From NCBI GenBank assembly GCA_021792255.1, contig JAJYUZ010000001.1:224001-288000 (forward strand): a stretch of DNA of 64,000 bases, given 5' to 3'. The DNA is from Thermoplasmata archaeon. GTDB taxonomy: Archaea; Thermoplasmatota; Thermoplasmata; Thermoplasmatales; GCA-001856825. The translations under genes and the position numbers were made by a program. The notes beneath the pieces were generated by a model. It saw only the letters and a program-made list of their open reading frames with translations. It ran no database searches and was not told where the DNA came from. Positions 1 to 10,262 of the stretch are shown one piece after another (the first letter of the stretch is position 1; each line of letters begins with the position of its first letter).

Positions 1-33
1 GAAGACATAATAGGGGCGATGGTCGCGAGATGA
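1..33 (+). CDS. 3' end of upstream gene, probably dihydroorotate dehydrogenase catalytic subunit (partial)
   Basis: Frame 1 reads EDIIGAMVAR-stop, overlapping the pyrK start (ATGA). The xxIIG C-terminus and position next to pyrK fit PyrD. Confidence 0.45.
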   Translation, partial: EDIIGAMVAR

Positions 34-779
34 ATCACGCTCGGGTAATCGATATCGTCAAAGAGAACAAGGACGTGTTCACTCTCAGTTTCGATTTCAG
101 CATCGTCGCAAAGCCTGGTCAGTTTCTTATGGTCTGGGTGCCTGGTGGAAAAGAGATTCCGATGTCTCTTTCTCATATCACGAGCCCACCTTCAATCACT
201 TTCAGGGTCTTTGGAGAAACGACAAAATTCTTATCAGGTCTGAGGAAGGGGGATAGGATGTACTTTAGGGGACCGTACGGGAACTCTTACCCAGAACCTT
301 CTGGCAGAATAGCGTACATAGCAGGTGGCACCGGTCTCGCCTCTGTCTACTCTATGCTGTCAAAGTACATTGGAGATGTGTTTGTCGGAGCAAGAACAAA
401 GGACGACCTGTTCCTCCTGAAGAAAGGGTTCAAAATTGCAACCGATGACGGTTCTGCCGGATTTAAAGGAACGGTTATCGATCTCTTCGTTCCGCACGTT
501 GACGATTATGACTACGTCTTCGTGTGCGGGCCAGAACCAATGGCAAAGTCCTTGTTGGATAAAATCGACAGGAAAACCAAAACCAAGATATACTTCTCCC
601 TGGAAAGGTTAATGAAGTGCGGAGTAGGGATCTGTGACAGCTGCAGTGTCAATGGTATCAGGATCTGCAAAGATGGCACAATCTTCAGCATAGAAGAAGT
701 GTTGAAGATGAACGAGTTCGGTGTGTTTAAGAGAAGTGAATCAGGGAAAATAGAATTCTTCGCAAAAAACAAACGGTGA
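30..779 (+). CDS. pyrK: dihydroorotate dehydrogenase electron transfer subunit
   Basis: FAD-binding PGQF and GPYG, NAD-binding AGGTG and CGP, [2Fe-2S] motif MKCGVGICDSC...C. Confidence 0.9.
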   Translation: MNHARVIDIVKENKDVFTLSFDFSIVAKPGQFLMVWVPGGKEIPMSLSHITSPPSITFRVFGETTKFLSGLRKGDRMYFRGPYGNSYPEPSGRIAYIAGGTGLASVYSMLSKYIGDVFVGARTKDDLFLLKKGFKIATDDGSAGFKGTVIDLFVPHVDDYDYVFVCGPEPMAKSLLDKIDRKTKTKIYFSLERLMKCGVGICDSCSVNGIRICKDGTIFSIEEVLKMNEFGVFKRSESGKIEFFAKNKR

Positions 780-785
780 TTCTGG

Positions 786-1442
786 ATGTTCCAATCGGAT
801 TATCCGTACATTCCGTTGGTCCTACTCGTTGCACTCTTCTACGCAGCTTATGAAGATATAGCGAAGAGAAGGATAGCGACGATTTCGTTTCTTGCAATCG
901 ATATTGTTCTCTTTTTTTATTACGTTATTACAGCCTTCTGGGTCTCTTTTTTTCTGATTCCTATAATTGCCGAATTTTTCTTCAAGAGATTTTCTCTTCT
1001 TTTTTACATCATCATGATTGTTCCGCTCGTCTTCGATACTTCCGTGATCTCTATATCTCTCTCGTACTCAATACTACTAATCAGGTTGTTTGGGCTGTTT
1101 ATTCACAACTTTGGAAAAGGCGATGTAAAGGTCCTCCAAACTGTGGCACTTACAGTCCCTTTCTATCCGCATCTTTTGTTGCTTGACTCGTTATTTCCCC
1201 CGGTCCTGAGCGTGATTATGGTCGCAAGCATCTTGGGCACGATCTCTTCGGCTATCGTGTCCTCGCGAAAAGTTCAAAGCGGTTCAATTAGGAATTTTTC
1301 GCCTTCACCGCCCTCATTGGTTGAAGAAAACAACAAGTTCTGGATAGACGGATCAAAGTTGACTTACAAGATCCCGTTCGTCACTTTTATCGCCGCTGGA
1401 TACACTCTCTTATTTATCCTTTCATTACTCCGATTGGTCTAA
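786..1442 (+). CDS. A24-family prepilin/prearchaellin peptidase-like membrane aspartyl protease
   Basis: Multi-TM protein; first Asp motif AAYED..KRRI, GKGD (GxGD) motif, C-terminal IPFVTFIAAGY. Confidence 0.7.
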   Translation: MFQSDYPYIPLVLLVALFYAAYEDIAKRRIATISFLAIDIVLFFYYVITAFWVSFFLIPIIAEFFFKRFSLLFYIIMIVPLVFDTSVISISLSYSILLIRLFGLFIHNFGKGDVKVLQTVALTVPFYPHLLLLDSLFPPVLSVIMVASILGTISSAIVSSRKVQSGSIRNFSPSPPSLVEENNKFWIDGSKLTYKIPFVTFIAAGYTLLFILSLLRLV

Positions 1443-2859
1443 GTCTAGCAACGAGTTTTGATAATCCAGCGCACTCCACCGACTTTACGACCTGATCGAC
1501 GTCCTTGTAGGCCTTAGGCGCTTCTTCCTGCAAGACGTACTTTGTTGCTGCCTTCACGTAAATTCCCTGACCTTCCAAATCGCTCTTGACAGCCTGAGTT
1601 GAGTATTGCTTCACTGCTCTGCTGCGACTCATTACCCTTCCAGATCCATGGCAAGTAGATCCAAAGGTTTCATCCAATGCTTTCTGCGTTCCGACCAGTA
1701 CATACGATGCAGTTCCCATAGTACCTGGAATTATGACTGGATGTCCATAGTCTCTGTACAGATTTGATATCTCCGTCCTTCCGGCGGGAAAAGCTCTGGT
1801 TGCTCCCTTCCTGTGGACGACTACCTTTCTTCTTGTTCCCTCGATCGTGTGTTCTTCTACTTTTGCAATGTTGTGGCAGACGTCATACACTATGTCCATT
1901 TCTAGGCTCTCTGGATCCTGGTTCAACACCGAACCGAAACTTTCTCTAATCCGGTGGGTGACGATCTGTCTATTGGAGAACCCGAAATTCGCAGCTCCCC
2001 CCATGGCGGCGAAGTAATCTTGGCCCTCATCCGATTTGAAAGGAACCGAGGCGAGCTGTTTATCGGGGACAGAAATGTTGTATTTCTTCATGGCATCTTG
2101 CATGACTTCCAGATAATCCGTGGCAACCTGGTGGCCAAATCCCCTCGATCCCGTGTGAACCATTATAGTAATTTGTCCCTCAAAGTTCAGCCCGAATTTC
2201 CTGGCAAGGGCTACATCGTATATCTTGTCCACCAGCTGAACCTCCAGGAAGTGGTTGCCGGCACCAAGGGTACCGAGCTGGTTGAATCCTCGTGATCTCG
2301 CCTTCTGAGATATTTTACTTCTGTCAGAAAATTTCAGTACTCCCGCCTCTTCGATTCTCTCAAGGTCACGCTGCCAACCATAGCCTTCGCTTATGGCGAA
2401 CTTTACTCCTTCCGTTATGAAATTCTCCATTCTCCCGACGTTCAAATTAAGCTTGCTTTCTCTACCGACTCCAGAAGGGACCTTTTCGAACATTTCGTTG
2501 ACCAGTTCCTTTATCCGGGGTCGAACATCCCTTTCGCTAAGATTCGTCTTAATCAGTCTGACCCCACAGTTTACATCGAAGCCCACTCCTCCGGGACTTA
2601 TTACTCCCTCCTCCAAATCAAATGCCGCGACTCCGCCAATGGGAAAGCCGTATCCCAGATGAATGTCGGGCATGGCAAGAGATGCCTCAAGTATGCCAGG
2701 CAATCTTGCAACGTTGGTCACTTGATTGAGAGCCTCGTCCATCTGAATACCCTTAATCAGTTCGTCGTTCGCATAAATAATTCCTGGTACCCTTGTAGGT
2801 TCGTTCTGTTTCGGAGATATTTGGAACTTGCAGTCTCCGATTTTTTCAAGATCAAACAT
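1414..2859 (-). CDS. rtcB: RNA-splicing ligase RtcB
   Basis: MPDIHLGYGFPIGGV, DVNCGV, GNHFLE, HTGSRG, HRKGATRA, CHGSGR, EEAPKAYKDV motifs. Confidence 0.97.
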   Translation of the reverse strand: MFDLEKIGDCKFQISPKQNEPTRVPGIIYANDELIKGIQMDEALNQVTNVARLPGILEASLAMPDIHLGYGFPIGGVAAFDLEEGVISPGGVGFDVNCGVRLIKTNLSERDVRPRIKELVNEMFEKVPSGVGRESKLNLNVGRMENFITEGVKFAISEGYGWQRDLERIEEAGVLKFSDRSKISQKARSRGFNQLGTLGAGNHFLEVQLVDKIYDVALARKFGLNFEGQITIMVHTGSRGFGHQVATDYLEVMQDAMKKYNISVPDKQLASVPFKSDEGQDYFAAMGGAANFGFSNRQIVTHRIRESFGSVLNQDPESLEMDIVYDVCHNIAKVEEHTIEGTRRKVVVHRKGATRAFPAGRTEISNLYRDYGHPVIIPGTMGTASYVLVGTQKALDETFGSTCHGSGRVMSRSRAVKQYSTQAVKSDLEGQGIYVKAATKYVLQEEAPKAYKDVDQVVKSVECAGLSKLVARLRPIGVMKG

Positions 2860-3090
2860 TACCAATCTGAATCGTACGTCTTAGTATAACTGTTGCGTCA
2901 CACTTGAATGCCTATGATAATTATTCTGGAGGGCCCGGTCATTCCTAATCAGATAAGCCCTAGAGTTCTGTTAATTCCCCTTTGAAAACCCTATTTTAAT
3001 TTCAGGTTTCATTGACAGCACGATTTAAAAGCTAAAATTGGCCTTCTTAAGCGTCTTAAAATTAAATAATCAGTTAATGTTGCCCATAGG

Positions 3091-4281
3091 ATGCAAAACC
3101 GAGTTATAGTTGCAGTTTTGGTAATCGTTCTGGTTGTCGGATTGAGCGCTGGCATCACGACAGGATATTATCTAGGTCATGCGTCTAGCAGTAAAACTGA
3201 GACGCTCGCAGTCTTTGCCGCAGGTTCTACAACCTCCGTACTAGGCAACAGTTTTTATCCTCAATTTACGAACCTGACAGGTATAAAGGTGGATCCTACT
3301 TTTGCTGGCTCAGTCTCTGGAGCGAGCGAAATTGACTCGGGAATCCCATTCGATGTGTTCATTTCGGCCGCTGCAGGAGTTATACCACAGTATATGTTCC
3401 CGAACAAAACAGCTAATTGGATGGTCATTTTCGCCTCAAATGAAATGGCAATAACTTGGCTGAACAGCAGTTTCAGCATCACTAATCCTTACTGGTTTGA
3501 AAACCTGACTGCTGCGGGAATCAAGGTGGGGGTTTCGAACGCCAGTCTAGATCCGAGCGGCTTCCAGGCAATTGAAATGGTAAAGTTGGCTGGAATCCTG
3601 TATACGAATTGGACAAATCCTTACGTCAAGTATGCTTTCAATAACGATACAAAACTCTTCAATACTTACAATGAGGCCTGGAATTCCTGGTTCGGTCCAA
3701 ATGGAAACTTGGTCAGAGACGGGCTTGGAACCGGATATCCGCTGAATTACTCAATGGCACTCTACTATCAATTGTTCAACTATTCGTACAGGCATGGAAA
3801 TCTCATACCAACGACTGAGGAATTTGGGCTCAAGGATTATCTCAAGTCGGGATCCGTGGACTATGCACTCACCTACAAGTCTCAGGCATTAAATCAGAAG
3901 TTGGAATATTATCAAAAAGGGAACGGAATTAATGGTCTGTCGTCCTGGATTAATCTAGGAAACATCAGCAAGTCGGAGGTGACCTTCTATAGTGAGGTAA
4001 CGACCGCTGGTCCAGCTTACAGCAACATAGGAGACTTTCCTGGTGGTCCTATACTTTATTCCGCGACTATTCCCACTTCATCAAAGAACGCTCAGGTTGC
4101 CCAGCAACTAATTTACTACCTCATCACCAGCCTTGGAAGTTCTATGCTGAGGTCGTCGGATTTTAATCCTATCAGCGATCCCTTTATCTATTCACCAAGC
4201 TCATTGGCCCCGTCCTTCCTCAACGGAATCACTCAGCAGGTGCCGAACTATCTCCCAACTTCCTCCTACGAAGAAGTATGA
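3091..4281 (+). CDS. wtpA: tungstate/molybdate ABC transporter substrate-binding protein (WtpA-like)
   Basis: N-terminal TM anchor, FAAGS, GSV, DVFISAA, SNEMAI, DPSG, DYALTYKS; first gene of an ABC operon preceding moeA genes. Confidence 0.75.
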   Translation: MQNRVIVAVLVIVLVVGLSAGITTGYYLGHASSSKTETLAVFAAGSTTSVLGNSFYPQFTNLTGIKVDPTFAGSVSGASEIDSGIPFDVFISAAAGVIPQYMFPNKTANWMVIFASNEMAITWLNSSFSITNPYWFENLTAAGIKVGVSNASLDPSGFQAIEMVKLAGILYTNWTNPYVKYAFNNDTKLFNTYNEAWNSWFGPNGNLVRDGLGTGYPLNYSMALYYQLFNYSYRHGNLIPTTEEFGLKDYLKSGSVDYALTYKSQALNQKLEYYQKGNGINGLSSWINLGNISKSEVTFYSEVTTAGPAYSNIGDFPGGPILYSATIPTSSKNAQVAQQLIYYLITSLGSSMLRSSDFNPISDPFIYSPSSLAPSFLNGITQQVPNYLPTSSYEEV

Positions 4282-5069
4282 GGAAGTGGAATTCACTCTA
4301 TTTTTTATTTCTCCCTTTTTTTGCCGTTTACCTACTGTTTATAATTACGCCCATTTTCAGGACGCTTACCTTCGAAAGTTTAAGCTATATCTTGCGAGAT
4401 AGTTCGTCTGGAATATTACCGAGTTTGGGGTATACGTACCTCCTTGCGCTCTTGGTGGCACTGCTTTCGATCGGATTCTCGATCCCTTACGTCTATTTTG
4501 TCTCTAGGAACAGACACATAGTTCTAAAGTCCCTCGATAGTCTAGTCGAGTTACCTATTATGATTCCACACACTGTGGTGGGATTGATGATGCTAATTAC
4601 CTTCGAACCCACCATGCCGATTGGAAGGCTGATATCCAGAATCTACCCGGGGTACCAATTCCTGGATACCTTTCTCGCAGTGATTCTGACGCTGTTCTTT
4701 TTGTCCTCAGCGTACAGCATCAGGACTGTTCAGATATCATATTCGAGAGATGTTATGAAGTATGAGAATGTTGGGAGAACTCTAGGAATGACTCCTTTTG
4801 CAAGCTATTTCATCATCGGCCTGCCAATGATGGGAAAAGCACTATTAAGGGGTCTAATCCTTTCCTGGGCAAGATCCGTCTCAGAGGTAGGAAGCCTCTT
4901 GATAGTCGCCTTTTCGATCATTCCAAGTGGGATCCATCTTGCTGGAGTTTTTATCTACTATCAGTTCCTGGCAGGCAATCTGTCTTATGCAATAGCATCA
5001 TCTGCCATTCTGATAATCACCGGTCTAATAGCACTCCTTCTGGTTAAACTACTGGAGCGTGAAAGATGA
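4278..5069 (+). CDS. wtpB: tungstate/molybdate ABC transporter permease
   Basis: ELPIMIPHTVVG, EAA-like loop (YENVGRTLG), WARSVSEVG typical of ModB/WtpB. Confidence 0.85.
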   Translation: MRKWNSLYFLFLPFFAVYLLFIITPIFRTLTFESLSYILRDSSSGILPSLGYTYLLALLVALLSIGFSIPYVYFVSRNRHIVLKSLDSLVELPIMIPHTVVGLMMLITFEPTMPIGRLISRIYPGYQFLDTFLAVILTLFFLSSAYSIRTVQISYSRDVMKYENVGRTLGMTPFASYFIIGLPMMGKALLRGLILSWARSVSEVGSLLIVAFSIIPSGIHLAGVFIYYQFLAGNLSYAIASSAILIITGLIALLLVKLLERER

Positions 5070-5959
5070 TTCACATAGAGAATTATGTGGTAGAAAGAGG
5101 AGGATTTCGAATGGAGATTCCGGACCTTACCTTTGAGGGGAGGAAGAATTTCATCATTGGGAAGAATGGGTCTGGAAAAACCACTCTGCTCCAGTCCCTT
5201 GCAGGACTGGTGGATAGCTCTGGAGTATTCGAAGTTGGTGGTGAGAATCGTGGGGAATACCCTCCGGAGCAGAGGGGAATTGGTTACATTCCTCAAGACC
5301 TCCTTCTTTTTGGGAAAATGACCGTGAGGGCTAACCTGATGTCTCCAGTAAGGTATGGTAAGGGTGACGTGTCGATCTATTCTGAGCTCGTGGACAGAAT
5401 GGGACTAGTCAGTCTTCTTTCGAAGAAGGCAAACGAGATTTCGATGGGAGAGACACAGAAAGTGGCCATAGCTCGTGCCATAATATCCAAACCTTCCGTT
5501 CTTCTCATGGATGAACCATTCTCATTCCAGGATGAAATAGCTAGACTTGGCATGATCAGTTTGATTGACGAGCTCTCAGAGAAATATGGTTTTGACTACA
5601 TCTATGCAACACACAACTCAAGAGACCTTGAATTGGGCTTCTCGAATCTCGTTTCAATTGATCGAGGCAGGGTAATCGAGGCTGTGGATTCATTGTCAAA
5701 GGTAGAGCACTTCAGGACGATGTCGCTTCTGGATTACAAGAACCTTGCAATCGTCGATGGAAAGTACTATTTTCTGAACGAGGACTCTCTAAAATTTAGC
5801 GATCAGACAGGAGATGAGTACGAGATTGTTGGGAACGAGCCAGAAAAATATGTGCGACTCAAGATCGGTGGCAATTATTTCTTTGTTTCCATATCAAAGG
5901 AAACAAGTGGAAAGTACGTGAAATTGGATTTGAACAATGCTACGGAAATTGACTACTAG
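5066..5959 (+). CDS. wtpC: tungstate/molybdate ABC transporter ATP-binding protein
   Basis: Walker A GKNGSGKTT, Q-loop YIPQ, degenerate signature ISMGE, Walker B LLMDEP, H-loop ATH. Confidence 0.85.
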   Translation: MIHIENYVVERGGFRMEIPDLTFEGRKNFIIGKNGSGKTTLLQSLAGLVDSSGVFEVGGENRGEYPPEQRGIGYIPQDLLLFGKMTVRANLMSPVRYGKGDVSIYSELVDRMGLVSLLSKKANEISMGETQKVAIARAIISKPSVLLMDEPFSFQDEIARLGMISLIDELSEKYGFDYIYATHNSRDLELGFSNLVSIDRGRVIEAVDSLSKVEHFRTMSLLDYKNLAIVDGKYYFLNEDSLKFSDQTGDEYEIVGNEPEKYVRLKIGGNYFFVSISKETSGKYVKLDLNNATEIDY

Positions 5960-5992
5960 TAAACGTTTTAGAGATTGTCTCTATCATACTTC

Positions 5993-7186
5993 ATGGAGTT
6001 GAAATCGTTCATCAGTCTGGATGAAGCGATTAAGAAGAGTCTGAAATATAAACCTAAAGCTGGCTCGAAGAATGTAACCGCTATGGATGCTGTAGGTCAA
6101 TATTCTCTGGAGGAAGTCGTTTCCCCAACTTACTATCCTCAATTTGACAGAAGTGCAGTAGATGGTTACGCCGTGGATTCAAAAGAAACCATTTCTTCTA
6201 ATAAAACAAACCCCGCTAAATTTGAGCTGATAGGAAACCTTTATCCATCCTCGAGGGAAAAATTGAGAATTGGTAAAGGAAAGGCGGTAAAAGTCATGAC
6301 GGGTTCTAGAATCCCAATTGGTGCCGATTCGGTTGTAATGCTTGAGGACTCTTTCGAAGATGGAACCAATCTGAGTGTCTTTGTGCCTGTAAGAAAGTTT
6401 CAAAATATAAGCAGAAAAGGAGAGGATTTGAAGAAGGGTTTTCCTATACTAAAAAAAGGAAAGAGAGTGGACCCTCCACACGTTTCAGCTCTCGTAGAAT
6501 GCGGTATAGAAAAGGTCAAGGTTCTTTCCCTTTCAATTGGAATCGTTTCCACTGGGGATGAACTTGTCTCCGGAAGCATACGTAATTCAACCCTTCCACT
6601 TGTCCAATCCTTTTTTCAGCGCAAGGGATTCAGGGTCGTCGGTCACGGTGCAGTCGAGGACAACGAACTGTCTATCGAGCGTGTTCTGGGCACGATGAAG
6701 GAGGACATCATAATCGTAACCGGTGGGACTGGTCCCGGTGAAAAGGACCTGCTTCCAGCTATAATAGAGAGGAATGGTAGCTTCGTCTTCAGGGGCCTTA
6801 GAATTAGGCCAGGAAGAACGACTTCTTTTGGAATCTTTAGAGGAAAGATAGCATTCTTGATCTCGGGTCTTCCCGTCGCAGCACTGATCGCCTCTGAGAA
6901 TGTCATCCTCAGACTTATCCATGAGTGGTATGGGTTAATTGTGGAAGAAAAGGAGCAAAGAAATGGCATCATGGGAAGGAGCGTCGTCAACACTCTCGGT
7001 TTTAGGAGTTTTGTACGCGTGAAGGTCAAAAATGAACGAGGGGTTACGAAGGTCTACCCTTCTAGGGTGACAGGGTCCGGAGTGATATACTCTGTGATAG
7101 ACGCCGATGGAATGTTGGTAATAGACGAGAATTCGGAAGGAATTGAAGAGGGGGAAAGTGTGACCTTCGAGGTCCTCAGGTGGTGA
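5993..7186 (+). CDS. moeA: molybdopterin molybdotransferase MoeA
   Basis: PQFDRSAVDGYAV, TGSRIP.GADSVVMLE, STGDEL, TGGTG, IRPGR, SGLPVA. Confidence 0.93.
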   Translation: MELKSFISLDEAIKKSLKYKPKAGSKNVTAMDAVGQYSLEEVVSPTYYPQFDRSAVDGYAVDSKETISSNKTNPAKFELIGNLYPSSREKLRIGKGKAVKVMTGSRIPIGADSVVMLEDSFEDGTNLSVFVPVRKFQNISRKGEDLKKGFPILKKGKRVDPPHVSALVECGIEKVKVLSLSIGIVSTGDELVSGSIRNSTLPLVQSFFQRKGFRVVGHGAVEDNELSIERVLGTMKEDIIIVTGGTGPGEKDLLPAIIERNGSFVFRGLRIRPGRTTSFGIFRGKIAFLISGLPVAALIASENVILRLIHEWYGLIVEEKEQRNGIMGRSVVNTLGFRSFVRVKVKNERGVTKVYPSRVTGSGVIYSVIDADGMLVIDENSEGIEEGESVTFEVLRW

Positions 7187-7188
7187 AA

Positions 7189-9081
7189 ATGGCCAAGATA
7201 TTTCACATTTTGGTGTCTCCGGATGATGCAAGGTCGGTTTTAGCGTCTCAACTCAGAAGAGTCGTACATCAAGAGTCGAGAGACATTTCTGAGGCGTCTG
7301 GTTACATCTCGGCGGAAGACATCTATTCTACAGAAGATGTTCCACCGTTTGATAGATCAGAAGTGGACGGGTACGCAGTTGACCACGGGTCATTATCGGG
7401 AGCTGAGGAGGATTCCCCTAGAGAACTCGAGATCGTTGGCGAAATAGAGATCGGAAAGAAACCGGAAATTGAAATTAAGAATGGAAAGACTGCATACATT
7501 TCTACTGGTTCCATGGTGCCGAGGGGAGCAGACTCCATTGTTATGGTTGAATATACTTCAAAGCGAGGCAATAGAGTCAGAGTATTTAGGTCTGTGTCTC
7601 CAGGGGAGAATATTGCCCATGCAGGATCGGACTTCTTTATGAGCGAACCTATATTAAGGAGAGGGAGCCTGATAACCCCAGAGAGTGTCTCCCTTCTTGC
7701 ATCCTCTGGAATTGACAAGATCCTAGTCTATAAAAAATTGAGGGTCGGAATCTTATCAACTGGAAACGAACTGGTCAACCCCGGACAACATCTAAAAGTG
7801 GGTGAAATCTTCGACAGCAACTCTTACTATTTCAAGGCATCACTGGAAGAGACAGGCTTTGCCGCCTGTTCCTTGCTCGGGACACTACCTGATGATGAAA
7901 CACGTATGGAGAAATTTATAAAGAGCAATATAGATAGATATGAAGCGCTCGTATCTTCGGGTTCAACGTCTGCAGGCTTTCACGATTTATTGTACCGAAT
8001 CATTGAAGACCTGGGCGGGAAGATGTTGTTTCACGGAATCTCAGTCAAGCCTGGAAAGCCGACCTTCGCTGCATCCTTCGGGAAAAGCGTCTTCTTGGGC
8101 ATGCCTGGATTCCCTCTTTCTGCTGGCTCCGTACTGAAGTACATAGTGATTCCGTCCCTCAGAGGTGCCTACAATGCCAATCAGGAACCGAAAATTCTAA
8201 TTTCCCTTCCGTTCAGAATAAACTCAGAAAAGGGAAAGGATCTGATTCTACCTGCGATAATCAGCAGGAGCGGAAGGGCGTACCCCATATTTGGAGAATC
8301 CGGCTCGATCAGCAGGCTCTCGTACGCAGATGGATTTATTGCTATCGATAATACCAAGAATTACTACGATCGGGACGATAAGGTTCCTTTCTTTCCGTTT
8401 AACAACAAGAAGAGAGACGTCCTGTTCATCGGATCCAACGATCCTCTTTTCGAAAGGGTATTATTCGATGCTTCAAATTCTCCTACTGTTATCAATGCTG
8501 GTTCTTGGGGAGGGGTTGAAGCGATCAAACTTGGAGAAGCAGATGTGACCGGGGTTCATTTGTTGAAGGGTAAACAATACAACACGTTCTTGCTTCAGGA
8601 ACGGGGTAGCGATGAATGGGTCCTAGTTAGGGGATTCTCAAGAACGCAAGGAATGATTTCGAGAGATGGAATCAAATCTTTCTCCCAAGTTGTCAGCAAG
8701 GATATGATTTTCGTGAATAGAAACAAGGGTTCTGGAACCAGAGACCTTATAGAGAGCGAAATAGAGAGGGAATTAGGCTCTAGGTTTGCGAAGGAGAAAA
8801 TTAGAGGCTATTTTTGGGAAGCCAAGAGTCACGCAGCGGTCGCAAAGGCAATTCATCAGGGAAGGGGAGACGTGGGGGTATCCATAGAGTTTTATGCGAC
8901 AATTCTAGACTTGAAGTTCCACAAGATTCGGGATGAGAACTATGACTTAATCATGCAGAAGGACTTCTATAGCTCGTCGCAGGGAAGGAAGCTAATATCA
9001 AAACTAAAGGAGTCGACCAGGTATTCAAAGGAATTTCCCGGCTACAGATTCCCAAAGAATATCGGGGAAATTTTATCGTGA
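7189..9081 (+). CDS. moeA: molybdopterin biosynthesis protein MoeA fused to C-terminal PBP-like domain
   Basis: PPFDRSEVDGYAV, STGNEL, KPGKPT, then GSND, GSWGG, NRNKGSGTR, H..VA.AI..GRGDVG PBP domain. Confidence 0.92.
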   Translation: MAKIFHILVSPDDARSVLASQLRRVVHQESRDISEASGYISAEDIYSTEDVPPFDRSEVDGYAVDHGSLSGAEEDSPRELEIVGEIEIGKKPEIEIKNGKTAYISTGSMVPRGADSIVMVEYTSKRGNRVRVFRSVSPGENIAHAGSDFFMSEPILRRGSLITPESVSLLASSGIDKILVYKKLRVGILSTGNELVNPGQHLKVGEIFDSNSYYFKASLEETGFAACSLLGTLPDDETRMEKFIKSNIDRYEALVSSGSTSAGFHDLLYRIIEDLGGKMLFHGISVKPGKPTFAASFGKSVFLGMPGFPLSAGSVLKYIVIPSLRGAYNANQEPKILISLPFRINSEKGKDLILPAIISRSGRAYPIFGESGSISRLSYADGFIAIDNTKNYYDRDDKVPFFPFNNKKRDVLFIGSNDPLFERVLFDASNSPTVINAGSWGGVEAIKLGEADVTGVHLLKGKQYNTFLLQERGSDEWVLVRGFSRTQGMISRDGIKSFSQVVSKDMIFVNRNKGSGTRDLIESEIERELGSRFAKEKIRGYFWEAKSHAAVAKAIHQGRGDVGVSIEFYATILDLKFHKIRDENYDLIMQKDFYSSSQGRKLISKLKESTRYSKEFPGYRFPKNIGEILS

Positions 9082-9096
9082 GAAAACTGTGACCAG

Positions 9097-9585
9097 CTAT
9101 TCTTTATGCAGTTCGTGGTAGATATGACCCATCATAAAACTTATTGTTGAATACGCAGTCTTGGTCGCATCTGGAGACCCGGGTACGCAAAAGAGTTGTT
9201 TTTTGTCCTTAATGAATAGGGAGGAATTGGAAAGATATGCCAATCTTTCGTGGGACTCTGACCTAAATAATTCCCCAAATCCAATCATTTCCTTTTCAGA
9301 AATCTTCCTTAGGCTCTGAACAGTGACGTCTTTACTGCTGGGTCCGGTTCCCCCGACATATATGAACACATCATTGTCCCTGTTTGAGTAGTACGCATTC
9401 ACTATCTGCTCTTCGTCATCTTTGCAGATCAGCTTGCTCACAGTGTGAGAATCCTTGATGAACTCTCTTTTCAGGCTCTCTCCAGAAGAATCCGTTTCTT
9501 CTGTCCTGGAAGTTGAGACAGTGAGTATGAGAATCTTTAGCTTCTTGTCGAACCCTTCTTTGTGAACCATTTCTACACCATTCAT
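9097..9585 (-). CDS. moaB: molybdenum cofactor biosynthesis protein MoaB/MogA
   Basis: LTVSTSR...DSSG, GGTGPSSKDVT, GFGELFR, FCVPGSP. Confidence 0.9.
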   Translation of the reverse strand: MNGVEMVHKEGFDKKLKILILTVSTSRTEETDSSGESLKREFIKDSHTVSKLICKDDEEQIVNAYYSNRDNDVFIYVGGTGPSSKDVTVQSLRKISEKEMIGFGELFRSESHERLAYLSNSSLFIKDKKQLFCVPGSPDATKTAYSTISFMMGHIYHELHKE

Positions 9586-10007
9586 CCCTTTAATTTGCGG
9601 AGAACCCTGACACCCGAGATTTCTGTACCCCTGTACTGGCCCTTGTCATCCTTTTCTAGATACTTTACCATATCCCACACAGTTAAAAGCATAGAGTTGA
9701 CGCACATTAGAGATTCCATTTCTACACCTGTCTTGTAACGTGCCTTGACCGTGCAAGTGACCCTAACTCCGTCCTCTTCAACCTTCATAGACGGTTCCAC
9801 AGACTCCAAGGGTATTGGATGGCAGTGAGGGATCGCATTGGGGGTCAACTTCGCCCCGAGTATGCCTGCTACCTTTGATGCCTCGTCCACACCCCCTTTC
9901 TTGATATCGTTGTCTCTGATATTTCTGAGGGTAGATTCTTTAAGTCTAATGAACCCCTCTGCCTTGGCTTCTCTTTTTATTGCTTTCTTATTTCCAATGT
10001 CAATCAT
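9582..10007 (-). CDS. moaC: cyclic pyranopterin monophosphate synthase MoaC
   Basis: MIDIGNK, IPHCHPIP, TGVEMESL, WDMVK. Confidence 0.95.
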   Translation of the reverse strand: MIDIGNKKAIKREAKAEGFIRLKESTLRNIRDNDIKKGGVDEASKVAGILGAKLTPNAIPHCHPIPLESVEPSMKVEEDGVRVTCTVKARYKTGVEMESLMCVNSMLLTVWDMVKYLEKDDKGQYRGTEISGVRVLRKLKG

Positions 10008-10262
10008 AAAGAACTGTCATTTGAAAATGAGATTTCTTATCTTAACGTTTTGGTAAGTTCAAGATTTAACTCAAGAGGGTCCACAACACTACTGTCTCCG
10101 GAGAGCAGGTCGGCTATCGACTCAACGATATCTCACACCACCATTAAGCTCTTGAAATCTGATTTCCTCTTGCAAATTAGAGCTGGTGTTTTTAAATCCC
10201 GAGCGATAATCTTAGGAATAGTTAAATAATAGTAGTTTCATAATCTTCGTTGAGGTGTTCTT

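Noticed and set aside
7189-9081. MoeA-PBP fusion (and aIF2beta-TRAM, HTH-riboflavin kinase fusions) as novel architectures
   Set aside because: All are well-known archaeal domain architectures
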